This document shows, one piece after another, positions 27,190 through 39,673 of a stretch of 64,000 nt of DNA. Position numbers and translations under genes: made by a program. The notes beneath the pieces were generated by a model. It ran no database searches, was not told where the DNA came from, and saw nothing but the letters and a program-made list of their open reading frames with translations. Source of the stretch: Plasmodiophora brassicae (taxonomy: Eukaryota); the NCBI GenBank assembly GCA_036867785.1, contig CP145416.1, positions 930,001-994,000 on the forward strand, read 5' to 3'. The first letter of the stretch is position 1; each line of letters begins with the position of its first letter.

Positions 27190-30123
27190 CTAAATCGCGA
27201 TAGAATTGGTGATCATGTGAGGCATCAGCCAGACATACGGCTCTTGTTTCCTTGGCTCGCAGTTGTTACGTGCCTTGATGGTTTCCTGGATTTCTTCCAG
27301 TCGCCCAACGAAATGCTCCAGAGTAATTCGCGCTCCGCTACGTAATGATGTCAGAGGTCAGCGTACGGATTCGAGCAGGCACCAACAAACCTATCGGAAT
27401 GTAATGTATCCTGCGCCGGCTGCAAACGACTCATTCAATGTGGGAGCAATCCGGCATCAATACGTTGCAACTGACCTTTCCCAAGAAGACTTCGTTGTTC
27501 GAATATTCAGATAACGATTTAGCCAGGGCCATCGACTGGACCGATTGCGTCTTGTTTGGCAATGAGTCCAGAATGACCTGAGTCGTAATTGGCTTGCCAA
27601 GTTCCTCGGGAATGGGAAGACGCATCCTGGCTGGATGGTTCGGGACAAAGCTGTAGTACTCTATAGGAACACGCACAGTCAGCATAACGAAACAGGCAGC
27701 ACCATGTAGAACCAAACCATATTGGTTGAAGTTAATCGCAGAGTGCCCTGCACTTGCCGTGTAAATCAGGTTCGTCACAAGTTCAATGACAACCTTCTGC
27801 GAGTTGATTTCGGGAATAGACTTCCCTGGCAAAACCGCCAACAGTTCGTTACGCCACGAGCTGAGCTCTGAGCGGACGTAAGTATGCATGAGAACAGTGA
27901 AGGTTTGTCACGTACCATTGTCTCCAGCAACCAGTTTATCGTCACCCTTGTAGTAGATATGTACGTATTCAGTGACGAAGGACTTGATAGCATCGTACAC
28001 AAGAAGAACGTCTTCTCGCCAAGGGTAGACTCCGTCTTCGTCCACAAGAGGCGACTTCGTGTTTGAGTCGAATCCATTCGTTTCCAGACAAACAATTGGA
28101 GACATTGACTCCACGGTCCAGAACGAGAACGCTCGCTGGACTAGAGGTATCATTTGATCGCCTGACAGGCGGTTAGATTCCTACGTAGCCCACGAGAAAC
28201 GCACGTGCTCGTTTGGACGAGCGTACCGATTGAAAACAGATCTTGGATTTGTGGTAGAAGCCTGGATACCACGTTGACGAATGTGCCTTCATAAGCGCGT
28301 AATAACAAATACCTTTGTCGGGCAAGTGCATTGATAGCCATTGTGGAGAGGAGGTTCGGTTTGAGAAGCCGCATCAGCGGATGCGCAGGGGACAAAGCTC
28401 GATGCGTGGCAAGCGCGAACGCTTCCGTAATCATGTGTTTGCTCATGAAGTGCGTCACCAGCTGGTGGATCTATAACGGTGCTCGTCTGAGAACAGAACA
28501 GCACTATCGCATGCCACACATGAAGGTAACCTGCGCATCGGCAGCATTAACCCAGATCTTTGCCAGTATCCTAGTTATCGCGATAAGTCCCCAGTAATCG
28601 AAATATTCAAAGATTGAGAGGCTCACCATTCATTCTTGGCGACATCCGAATCGTCTGCCGCTGTCGGGTAATAGGTTTTCCCACCCTTTTTGAGTTGGAT
28701 AGCTACCGGGACAATTGTGCGAACAGCATCGACGTAGTAAAACAGACAGAAAGGTGCCGCAAGGTAGCGGTCACTCATTCCCTAACCGCCACCTTAAAAT
28801 GGGAAATGCATATTCGTGGGACTGAGGCCTACAGGTTTCTTCGCGGCCCTTTCTTTGTTGAGCACATCAACGAATTCGGCAAGCATCGGATTGTAATCTA
28901 GGTAGCAGAACTTGCCACTGGCAATTTCGCTGTGGATATTCTTCCCATGAAGAACAGCGACCTTAGAAGAAAGCGTCTTCTCAGACACTGGGAAATCGGA
29001 AGGGAACGATCCCTGAAAGGACGGCATTAGAAAGTAGGCCGCGTAGAACAACGAAACTGTCATCGACGGTACCTTGACGAGTTTGATCAAATATGGATTG
29101 ATTCCGTTCAAGTACTGCTTGCCCATCGTCTCGTCCGTGTACCAATTACGCTTTGAAGAGCAACCTATGTAGTTAGCGATCTGGGCATGAAGGAGCTGCA
29201 AACTCGACCTACAGCAACGTTGGAAAGCAACCGTCCGTTGGAGCCGAATAGCTCCTTGATCTCGTCGTAGCTGTCCCAACTTCCGCTTCCACCGTTAAGC
29301 ACCTGCATGTACTCCTGCTCAACCATCGTCGAGATAACGCTTGTGAACACCTAGAAAGGAGTTGTCAAAGCTCAACCAGCTGCAAAGGACATCGCGAAAC
29401 CATTGTCGCCTTGATGCTATCAAACTGCTCGTCCATCGGCAACGAAAGGTCTACCACCTGGTGTCACGTAGGAGCAACGCTTGGGGATCATGCCGACTCA
29501 CAGTTACTGCACAACCCAACAGGAGTATCAGGAATCCGAGCAAACGTCGCGCTGTTATAGATCGTCGCTTGAAAGGCTATGTCAGCAGCGCGATACTCTT
29601 TGATTCGGGATGGCAGCCTAGGGTCGTTGGGGATCCTGCCGTCGCCCCCGAAGAAGTAGCGCTCTGTTCCCGGACGGATCCACGAATAGACAGGAATGAC
29701 CGTCTCGATACCACGAGCCGTTTGTCGGACCTAGACGTGCTGCTTAGAATCGCCGTTTCACCGGTCGCGATATACAGTACGTGGATCTGGTTGATGAACA
29801 GCGAGTTGAAGATTGGGCGTAGCCCCCGACTCGATGTCAACTTCACAGCGGCAATGTCCCCGATATTCTTCCTGTTCGGGATCGCTAAGACGTTCATTCA
29901 TGAAACCAGTGACACTTCGCGCCTACATGTCATCGAACGTATAGATTTCCGTTGCATTGCCATGGTGTCGCTCGACGAGACTCCAGGGCGACTTCAGGCG
30001 GAACGGCCCCGCTTCATGCCGACCGTCGCTGCTGTACAATACGAGTTCCAGGCGCGCATCGCTCGCCAGGAATAGTCGCTCGCCGGTCTTGATTGTGATC
30101 GTGTACGCTTCGCGCGACGCCAT
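27190..30123 (-). CDS. LOX: Lipoxygenase (PLAT + LOX domain), copy 2; multi-exon
   Basis: Near-identical N-terminus to copy 1 (MASREAYTITIKTGERLFLASDARLEL); 'WYTDETMGKQYLNGINP', 'HQLVTHFMSKH', 'TASAGHSAINFNQY', 'ITNSIAI*'. Intron positions match copy 1 where checked. Confidence 0.95.
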
Positions 30124-30949
30124 GACAACCGGCCTGATCACTCGCCAACCGAATCACGGCCCAGACGCGTTTTGTACGCCGCAAACGATCCACCGAAGCC
30201 GTCGACGCCGCGGCCCTCAACAGCCGAGACTCCAAGGCGCCAGGCACGTAACGTCTCCTCTTTTGGCTTCGTGAGTGGTGGTCTGGTGGACTCGTTCGTG
30301 CCCATTAAAAATGCCGCCAGTCAAAACGACAGGTGGCCACCCGCGCTGCAGAGTTCACCCGTTTGTTCTCCACTGTGCGCCGAACGGAGACCCGGAAAAC
30401 AGGGAGACGCAGAGAATACAACCACAACCATGGCCATGACAGCAACCAGGACCCTGACAGCAACCATGATGATGACATCAGCAACGCAGGAGTACTCGAC
30501 TGGAGTGACTGCGGCGACACAGCACTAACTCGGACTCAGCGATCAGCAACAGGACGAAGCTCAGGGGGACTCCCGTGGAGAGCAACGACGGTCAGCATAA
30601 CGTTATTCCGTGCAACATGAATCAGCACTGGTGGAATTCGGTGGTGCGCCCAAGGCATCGCCAGATCGAAGTGGTTGCTTCGCTTGCCAAGCCGAACGTG
30701 GACCAGCCACAATTCCATGCTGAATTGTCCATCGACCGATGCCGCAGAGTCGGTTTTCGGCTGCACCGCCGAGTGCAACGGCGTTGATCATGGTGACGTT
30801 CCCGCTCATGTTGCTTCTCGAGTGGGCAATCAGGTCGAGCGCCTGCGCGTCACGGATGTCTTATTACTTGAGACAGACCTGCCCAAGAGCTGTCGAACGA
30901 CGTCTTTGAACATACGGTATTTGTCTATTAGACAGGTTCCGCTGGGGCA

Positions 30950-31621
30950 CTACGACGACCCACCGAAGATCTGGACGTCGCCTTCGTTGCTGGTCAAGCA
31001 GTCGGACAGGGCAAAATCGAGGGTGGTGCCATCGGTGAACGTGAACGCAGCGTTATCGCTCGGGCTCATCTGGCCGCTCACCTGGAACCAGGCGCCGCTA
31101 GAGCGGCTGCCAGTGTTGCCGCCGATTGATACCTGGCTGGCTACGCGGCCGCCCGTGTTCATCACCGTGATCTTGGTGTAGTAGATGATGCCGTTCCCTT
31201 CCGAAACGGCGCGCGTGTAGCAGACCGGGACGCTGGCGGTCAGCGGGTTCTCATTCGTCATGCTGACGCTGCAGTAAGTGATGCCAGGGGACAGGCCGGT
31301 CGCCTTGTCCCAGGTGCTGAGAATGAGGTCGGCGCCCCCGCCGAAGTTCGTCGAGGCGACAATGGCCTTGACGGGTTCCCGTCCATCGCAGGAAATCTGG
31401 AAGACCATGCCGCATGGCGAATCAATGTTGCCCTGCTTGTAGATCAGTTCACCCAGACTCGGGTCGTCGCCCAACGCGAACGCGTCCTGTAACGCGTAAT
31501 CGCCCTTCGGCAAGGAGCACCCACCGACGTCGGTCTGGGTCGCCCACATGGTCAGCTTCGCGTGATCTTGTGCAAGAGCAACGCCCAGAATGACCACCAC
31601 CGTCGACGGCAACAGATGCAT
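30950..31621 (-). CDS. Secreted expansin-like protein A (DPBB + CBM63-like), intronless
   Basis: Signal peptide MHLLPSTVVVILGVALA; 'GGCSLP', 'PCG..F..C', 'GGGADL'; beta-rich second domain 'YYTKITVMNTGG...GAWF...FTFTDG'. Confidence 0.75.
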   Translation of the reverse strand: MHLLPSTVVVILGVALAQDHAKLTMWATQTDVGGCSLPKGDYALQDAFALGDDPSLGELIYKQGNIDSPCGMVFQISCDGREPVKAIVASTNFGGGADLILSTWDKATGLSPGITYCSVSMTNENPLTASVPVCYTRAVSEGNGIIYYTKITVMNTGGRVASQVSIGGNTGSRSSGAWFQVSGQMSPSDNAAFTFTDGTTLDFALSDCLTSNEGDVQIFGGSS

Positions 31622-31720
31622 TTCTTTCGATGTGCTGATTCGCTGGCGAGAATTGATGTGATGGAAACAGGGGCAGAACTGTCTCGTTCCGCAACGAACA
31701 ACGTCACTGTTCATGATGCG

Positions 31721-31727
31721 TGACTCA
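31721..31727. promoter_or_regulatory. TGACTCA (AP-1/GCN4-type bZIP site) about 100 bp upstream of expansin-like A
   Basis: Exact TGACTCA at the same distance from the ATG as a site upstream of copy B. Confidence 0.45.
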
Positions 31728-33138
31728 TGCTCTTGGATATCGGGGCATGATTCAAGTGCGATACAAATCGGCATCACAACGCGCGACCCTTATGGTATCT
31801 ACCAGCGCTCCTGCAGATCCGGTCGCACCAGGCAGTATCCGCCTCGTCGTCCCACGTCTGTCGTCTCCGTGTGCAGGCTGGGACATGCGGTGCATGCCTA
31901 CGATCTGGATCCTACCCTTGTGGCAGAAGAACGTTCATGGTCGTATGGCCGGAAGATTGGAGGGGCGTCCACTTAGCCGGTCATATGGTCGACTTTCTGA
32001 CCGGAGGCGGATACTCGGAGGACAATCAGACCTCGAATATCGATTGGCTGGCATGTTCTCTATATATATGCCAATGGATCACGACGACCTATGCGATCGA
32101 CAGCGTGTTTCACGAAAATGAAACTGTACAGAAGGACGCCTTCGAGAAGCAGCTGGTTCTAGAGGAGCTGTACGAGTACTTGCGCCCGATCCAATAGAGG
32201 TGTACGTGTCTTAGCGGGATGCGCAAGGAGTACTTGTCAGCATCGGATCTCGACGATCAACCCAGGCGCCTTTGCCGGATAATGTCGCCACTGCAGATGC
32301 TGTAAGAGTCCTAGCTTATAGTGCCGGTTATGTAAGACACGCGTGCTTTGACAGTTGCCCAGGTACTTGGGCGGCAGCGAGCGGGCAGTCGTATGGTGGC
32401 AATCGCCGACGGGGGCGTTTCAGGGCTGTCGTCGTTGCGGCAACTGCCTGTGCAAAGGTGTTCCGTCGGGTGTTATTCTGCATCTCGTGAGTTGCACACA
32501 AGAGCCCGATACGAAATGACAGGGATGACAACCCACCGCATTGCAAGATGTGGATCAGCATTGTCGCAATGATGAATGCGATACAGTTTACGAAGCGATC
32601 GACAAGGGATGGACGTTGCGACTTGCCTTACGACGAAGACGACGGTAGCGTGGTGAACGCCTGCGGAGCGGACAGTGTGTCCGAGACGATTTCGAAGGTG
32701 CGCTTCAACGAGTACGTCCAGGCGAACTCAATTATCGACACCAGAAGCGAATAACTTCCGCCAGGTGCACCAGTGAATCCTTGTATGCTCCCAACGACTA
32801 GCCCACCGGCACGTGTGGGGCAGTTGGAATCTGGATGAGCGACGTGGGCGTCGCTGTCCTTGCCGTCTGCGCCCGGAGCCCCTTGATGCGTTAGCTCGAC
32901 TGGAACAGTCACGCCATCCGAATTGCTACGAGACAGGCCCATTGTAATATGACGTCGTAGTGCGGTGTTGAACCCCCACGACCGCCGCCTCGATGCGTCT
33001 TTAGGGTTCTGCAGCTTAGGGTGCAGACACTATCTCGCCAGATACAATATTCGGCAATGTGCAAACGATTTACTAACGATCCACAGAAGGGCAACGTGCT
33101 CTGGTCATGCAGGGACATGGTCTTGCAGACTAGGATGA

Positions 33139-33801
33139 CTACCCGCTGAAGATCTGGACATTGCCCTCGTCGCTGTTCTTGCACTGCGACAGGGGGAAGT
33201 TGGCCGTGCTCCCATCGGTGAACGTGAACGTCGCAGAGTCGCTGGGCTTCATATTGCCCCCCACCGAAAACCAAGCGCCACTGGACCGGCTGCCCTGATT
33301 GCCATTGATGGCCACCTTGCTGGCGATCCGCCCGCTCGTGTTCAACACCATGATCTTGGTGTAGTAGATGATGCCATTGCCCTGCGAAATGGAGCGCGTG
33401 TAGCAGACGGGGCTGCTAGACGACAGCGGGTTCATATTCGTGGCCTTGACGCTGCAGGACGCGATACCAGGGGACTGGCCGGTCGCCTTATTCCAGGTGC
33501 TGAGAATGAGGTCGGCACCGCCGCCGAAGTTCTGCGACGCGACAATGGCTTTGACGGGTTGGCGTCCCTTGCAGGTGAACTCGTAGACCTGGCCACACGG
33601 CGAGTCGATGTTGCCCTGCTTGTAGATCAGGTTGCCCAGGCTCGAGTCGTCCCCCAGCGCGAACGCGTCCTGCAACGCGTAGCTGTCCTTGGGCAGGGAA
33701 CACCCTCCGGCATCTGTCTGAGATGCCCACATGGTGATCTTGGCATTCTGCTGGGCAACAGCAGCGCCCAGGATCACGAACAGGACTGATAGGGGTGACA
33801 T
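33139..33801 (-). CDS. Secreted expansin-like protein B, intronless
   Basis: Paralogue of A; signal peptide MSPLSVLFVILGAAVA; shared 'LQDAFALGDD..LG.LIYKQGNIDSPCG'. Confidence 0.75.
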   Translation of the reverse strand: MSPLSVLFVILGAAVAQQNAKITMWASQTDAGGCSLPKDSYALQDAFALGDDSSLGNLIYKQGNIDSPCGQVYEFTCKGRQPVKAIVASQNFGGGADLILSTWNKATGQSPGIASCSVKATNMNPLSSSSPVCYTRSISQGNGIIYYTKIMVLNTSGRIASKVAINGNQGSRSSGAWFSVGGNMKPSDSATFTFTDGSTANFPLSQCKNSDEGNVQIFSG

Positions 33802-33893
33802 TCGTTCGACGCACACAGTTGGCTTCTAGAATTGCAATGATGCAACAAGGAACGAACAGGGTGACGGACAACGTTGCACGGTTGCATGCAGAA

Positions 33894-34058
33894 TGACTCA
33901 CGCCTCCGAGCGGCAGTGAGTATCTCCTCTGAGTGTGACTCACGTGCTGAGAATCTCGCCCGCGATATCTGCCTGGATCGCACGCATACGTCATGGCGTG
34001 CACGGCGCGTGCACACCATGCACGTATGCGCCAGAAATCATCGCTAGAGTGTGACTCA
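33894..34058. promoter_or_regulatory. Three TGACTCA sites in the divergent promoter between expansin-like B and C
   Basis: TGACTCA at 33894, 33936 and 34052. The last two sit in a repeated gagtgtgactca..gtg....gaatct context. Confidence 0.5.
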
Positions 34059-34290
34059 TGCGTGTCGGAATCTTGGTAGCGAGCTTCCGGATACGACATG
34101 CACGCGAACGCCCGCCAGATCAGATCAGAGCGCAGGAGGCGTGACGCACGGCTGTCTCTGGCTAATGCAATGAGCACAAAGGCCATGCGTCACACAGTGC
34201 ATCGCTCCCACTGTGAACAGATTCAGCAGCACGCCCCTGGAGCATGTTCCGTCATTTGGAATTTAGCATCCCACAAGTGCATCCAACGAA

Positions 34291-34989
34291 ATGCTTCCGC
34301 TTGCGATCCTGGTGGTTATCCTCGGTGCCGCCGCCGCACAGCAGAACGCCAAGCTGACAATGTGGGCATCGCAGACGGACCCCGGTGGGTGCTCCCTGCC
34401 CAAGAGCAATTGGTACACATTGCAGGACGCTTTCGCACTGGGCGACGACCCGAGCCTGGGCAACCTGATCTACAAGCAGGGCAACATCGACTCGCCATGC
34501 GGCATGGTCTTCGAGTTCACCTGCAAGGGACGCCAACCCGTCAACGCCATCGTTGCATCGACAAACTTCGGGGGCGGGGCCGATCTCGTTAGCGACACCT
34601 GGAACAAGGCGACCGGTCAGTCTCCTGGCATCGCGTACTGCACCGTCAAGAAGACGGGGGTGAACCCGTTGAACGTCCCCCATCCGGTATGCTACAAGCG
34701 CGCCTTGTCGCAAGGGAACGGCATCATCTACTACACCAAGATCATGGTGATAAATACGGCCGGTCGGGTGGCCCGCCAGGTCTCCATCAATGGCATCGTC
34801 GGTACGCGCTCAAGCGGGGCCTGGTTCGCCGTCAACGGTCAGATGAAGGCGGACGCCAGGGTCAAGTTTACGTTCACCGATGGAACCACGCACGACTTTG
34901 TTCTGTCCCAGTGTGTCACCAGCGAAGAGGGCGAGGTTCAGATCTTTCCGTCACCAGCGACGTCGTCGGCCAATCACCCGTCACCTTAA
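34291..34989 (+). CDS. Secreted expansin-like protein C, intronless
   Basis: Paralogue of A and B in inverted orientation; signal peptide MLPLAILVVILGAAAA. Confidence 0.75.
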   Translation: MLPLAILVVILGAAAAQQNAKLTMWASQTDPGGCSLPKSNWYTLQDAFALGDDPSLGNLIYKQGNIDSPCGMVFEFTCKGRQPVNAIVASTNFGGGADLVSDTWNKATGQSPGIAYCTVKKTGVNPLNVPHPVCYKRALSQGNGIIYYTKIMVINTAGRVARQVSINGIVGTRSSGAWFAVNGQMKADARVKFTFTDGTTHDFVLSQCVTSEEGEVQIFPSPATSSANHPSP

Positions 34990-35238
34990 TAGATGGATCA
35001 GCGCGCAGCTGAATTATTCCGACGAGGTATAAGTCGAGTCATGGCAGAGCTATGTAGCCTCGTTGTACTCTTCTCCTTTCGTCACAAACCATTTTTGTTA
35101 ACCCACCTCGTCATAGAACCCCCGGCGAGCCCACCGCTTCCTGGCCGGATGCATTCCTCCCTGAACGTAGCTGTCCCTGAATCGGGATGTGCCTTGTATT
35201 GTTTAAGTATACATAACACAAATAATCGCCGATGCACA

Positions 35239-37492
35239 TCACAGGTCTTCAGGGCTGGTTTTCCCTTGGCCGTGTTGTACCGAGGACTGGTGCAAAGCTT
35301 TCCACCTCGATAGGACGTCACCGACATCTCGTTGGGACTGTTCGTTCGGCATCCGTTCGCCTTTCCGCTTCAGCAACAGTTTCCGCAAGTTGTTCAAGTC
35401 GACACCAATCTTTGTACGGCGAAGTGTTTCCATATCCATAGGGCAGGTTTTCAATGCATCCGTTATGCAACTGAGCTCAGCAGGGTCGACGTGCCTGGCA
35501 TCCGCTGATTGAAGAGCGGACACCATCCTGCGCATTCGCGACTGAAGCATGTCAACGTTGGGGACCAGAACCACGTCGATATCCTGATCCGAGAACAGCA
35601 TCAAGGCGGCAGAGAACTTTCGTATCCGACCGACTTGTTCCCGTATCAACGCCATGTACGACGATTTCGTACCGGCACTCGAGGCGAATGCTCGCTGTTC
35701 AAGGCGAATCGATTCTTCGTCGAGACCTGATGGTAACGAAACGGCGGCGGCGAGATTGTTCATCTGCAGAGCTTGCCGTATCTGGTCCCGACACGAGTCT
35801 CGTTGGGATGACGTTAGATCAGGAGACATCCTTTTCTTCTTGGATGGACGTGATAATGCTGATTGCTCGGCCTGCTCCAACTCGTCGAACATTTCTGCTG
35901 TGGATCGGAATGTCTTGGCCGGAACAGATGCATGGTCGTTATCTCTACCTGAATACTCTTCAACTGCCCAGACGGGTTCTTCAACGAGAGCTATACCGTC
36001 ATCCGCCGGGACGACGGCGTCGGCACGTCGAAATAACCTCAAAGAAGCCAAGACGTCGCGACGGGAAGATTTCGAGACAGACTCTGAAAGACAACGTTCA
36101 AGAGAGGATGTCACTATCGCTGGAGACCTGCAGTAGTCGCAGCATTGCGGGCGGGTTCCTGGAGAGCGCTCTCCGAAATATTGAAGAAGGTTCGCGCGTC
36201 GGCAGGAGGCAGTTTCACAGTACTGAATGATGGAGTCTAGCCTTGCGCTTCGATGATCTCGAGTGTCCACCGAGGGTGACGAATGAACCGGCACATTGCG
36301 GTCCTCGACGCTAATGAGATACTGCATGCGCCGCCCGTCGTCTTTACAGTAGTAGAGAACGACATCGGCAGGTTCGCCATCGCGTCCAGCTCGACCACTC
36401 TCCTATCGTAAATGAGTCAGACAGTAATCCAAGGCCGGCACACGACCAACCTGATAGTAGTCTTCAATTGATTTCGGGATGTCAACATGAACCACGAAGC
36501 GGACGTCGTCTCGGTGAATCCCCATACCGAACGCTGTGGTCCCTACGATCTGCAGAGGAAGTTATATCTCTACAGCAAATGTGGGTTCCGACCCTCACCA
36601 CGTCGATATCACCCGACTCCCATTGCGTTTGGATGCGAACTCTGTCGGAATGAGCCATTCCGGCATGATACCCGCCAGCAGGCACTCGGGCCATCATAAG
36701 GTGCACAGAAAGCTCATCAACCAGGGCTCGGGTGCTGCAATAGACAATCCCACCGCACCCAGCCCGCCCCTTGACGAACGCCAGAACGTCATCCTTTAGG
36801 GGCTTCGACATCATTGCTTTGTATCGAACGGAATACATCAGGTTCGGCCGATTGTAACTTGCTCGAATGATGACAGGATCACGCATGGACAGAAGTGTGA
36901 CAATGTCATCCTGTACAGCCTGCGTCGCCGTTGCCGTACATGCCAGAATGGAAACCGACTGCCACCGCTCTCGAATCTGACGCAACGCCCGATACGATGG
37001 ACGAAAACTGTGGCCCCATGAGGATATACAATGTGCTTCGTCGATTGCAAACAGGTGCAAGCGGCCGCGTCGATACAATCCATCAAGGACTCGCCCAAGC
37101 GCGGGAGTGAACAGCGATTCGGGCGTGACGTACAACAGACGAGGCGGGTTATCTGTCGACAAAGCTGAACGCACCTGCTGGGCCTCCTTGGACGATAACG
37201 TGCTGTTCAGCGCTGCACACGACACGCCACGAGAGCGCAGCAACGCGACCTGATTGCCCATCAGCGCAAGCAGAGGCGACACGACGACGGTAACGACGAC
37301 TTCATCGGACAGCAGCGCCGGCAACTGAAAGCAAAGCGATTTGCCGCCGCCCGTCGGCAGGCTCAGGAACACGTCGCGCCCGGCCGCGATCGCCTGCAGA
37401 GCCCGCTCCTGGTCCGGGCGCAGCGCCGCCACGCCGAACGTCGACGACAGCAGCGATCGCACGCGCGCCTCGTCCCAACCCGCCGCCATCAT
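35239..37492 (-). CDS. RECQL5: RecQ helicase, RECQL5-like (helicase core, Zn-binding, IRI/KIX-like module, C-terminal TFIIS-N-like domain); 2 introns
   Basis: [59 protein letters not shown]; 'CRR..LLQYFGE...CCDYC' Zn module. Confidence 0.88.
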
Positions 37493-37523
37493 TCCCCCGG
37501 ACAATCCAACAGTTGAGGGGAAC

Positions 37524-37645
37524 GTGCAGTTCGACCGTGTGCGTGGAGCTACAGTTCGACCGCGTGCGTGGAGCTGCAGTTCGACGACGCCATGAGTGGA
37601 GCTGCAGCTTGACTACCTGCGCGTGAGTGGAACTGCAGTCCGACG
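37524..37645 (+). repeat. Imperfect 25-30 bp minisatellite (gtggagctgcagttcgac core), about 5 copies
   Basis: 'cagttcgaccg(t/c)gtgcgtggagct' type units recur between the divergent RecQ and permease starts. Confidence 0.8.
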
Positions 37646-37787
37646 GCGTAGGTGGCCCTTTCGTTTCCACCACCTGGGCGCGTCGAGGCCGCGTCCCGAT
37701 TGATTCTGGAGGACGTCTACAGCGCGCGTGATGATGCGCCGGGCCTGTAGCGCCAACAGCGATGACCAGTCACCGGATCGGGGCGTC

Positions 37788-39673
37788 ATGCTAGGGTTGC
37801 TAGGAGGCGACAGTTCGGACCGGTTGAAGGGTGGGCACGTGTCGCCTGTTCGACGCCGCACTATAACGCTCTCGCGGTTCGTGGCGCTGGCGTTCTTCCT
37901 GACATGCGGTGGCCCATTCGGTTTGGAACCGGCTGGTAGGGAAGAACACTCGTTGTGGTTGGTGCTTCTGGACTGAACCTCGTGCGGCAACAGTTTATGC
38001 TGGCGGTGCAGGGTTGACGCTGATCGGGTGCGGTACAGCGAAGGTTGGGCGATCGGTACTATCTGACGACGTTGTCTAGGCTCGTTGTTCTGCCAATCGT
38101 ATGGACAGTCCCGCAGGCGCTGATGACTGCCGAACTGGCGACGATGATGCCTGAGAACGGCGGTCAGCTTGTATGGGTGTTCCGTGGCCTCGGACAGACA
38201 CTCGGCATCGTAAACGCGCTGAACTCGCTGTGCTCAGGGCTAGTGGACAAATGCATATATCGTACGACCGTGGTCCCTGTGTGCTGCCTGCAACAGCACT
38301 GATGCACTCCCGTGATTGTACAGCGAATGTATTACTCGCGTACATGCCGTGGCAGCCATCAGATGTGCTGGCCAGAACCGTTCGAGCAGCTGTTCTGATA
38401 GCGCTGTCCGGTGTCAACATTGCTGGGCTCGATGTCGTCGCTGATTTTTCAGCCTTCCTGATGGTTGGCATACTGACCGTGTTCCTGGCCGAGGTCCCAT
38501 ATGCCGTGCGACCACACATGTTCTCGTTTGTGGATTTGCTGGGTACCAACTCTTACGACAGCCGACTGGGTTCAGCTGGAGACAATGGCTATTGCTGCCG
38601 GAGTCCATAGACTGGGGCGTTCTCTTCTCGGTGCTCCTCTGGGCATCCACAGGTACACTATGCCCTACTCCACTCTGCCTCGGCTGACTTATCGCCTGAC
38701 AGGTTGGGATTCGGTCGCCGTTATTGCTGGCGAAGTCGTGGATCCGCACCGGTCCCTACCGGTAATGATGGGCTGCGACTGAGGAGGGTATGCTAGCTGA
38801 CGTTGGGTAAGCGAAGATAGGAATAGCGTTGGCTGTGATTATCACTACGGTCAGCTATGCAATCCCCATCGTTGTTGGATTTGCACTGATGCCGGATCCT
38901 TCATTGTGGTCCGATGGCAACGGTTTCTTCCTTTCTGCTTCCCGCGCCGCGCCATGGTACGCCTGGCCTTGTTCCGATTTCCCCCATCGTCGATTCACCC
39001 CGGGTCTTGGGCAGGGTCGGTACGACGATTATGGCATCGGCAGTGCTCGCGAATCTTGGTCTTTGCACTGCAGGGCTCGCGGCCAACAGTCAAGTGGTAT
39101 GCGCTATGGCGCGATCATCGCCGACCAGGTTCGTCAGTGATGTCGTTCGGCGGTGCGATAGATTAAGTGATGGTTGCCAGATGCCGCATCTTGCCGGAAT
39201 GGCTCGGCCACGTTTCTACACGCTTCGGGACACCAGCGAACGCCTTAGTGGCCCAGTGTATCATAATGTGCTTCCTGGTCCAGTTTGATTTGACGCGCCT
39301 CATCCAGTTGACAATGCTCTTTAACTGGTACTAAGTTACAAGCGCGCCTCATTTACGGGTTTGACGACTAAGGCACGATGTGGACAGTATATCGCTTCTG
39401 CTCGAATTTGCAGCGTTTATTACCCTTCGGTATAGTGAACCGGACACCCTGCGTCCGTTCTCTGTACCCGGCGGAATGCTTGGGGCGTGGGCCATGACCC
39501 TTTCCAAGGGCGTCGTGGTCATCGCCACGCTCGCTACAATGCTCGTGTCAAGCCCCTTCGTGGTTATGACCGGCGTCATCATCAACATCCCCTTCATTGC
39601 CATTGCCGTGCATTTCCGGCCACTGCGAAAGCATACCCGGGAAGATTCCCAGAAATTCATACCCGCGCTTTGA
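37788..39673 (+). CDS. APC-superfamily polyamine/amino-acid transporter (PUT/RMV1/LAT-like); multi-exon
   Basis: 'FFLTCGGPFGLEPA', 'WTVPQALMTAELATMMPENGG..WV', 'GWDS...AGEV', 'LLEFAAFITLRYSEPDTLRPFSVPGG'. Confidence 0.9.

Noticed and set aside
30250-30900. ORF fragments with short gacagcaacca repeats between LOX2 and expansin-like A
   Set aside because: No ATG-led coherent ORF or recognisable family.
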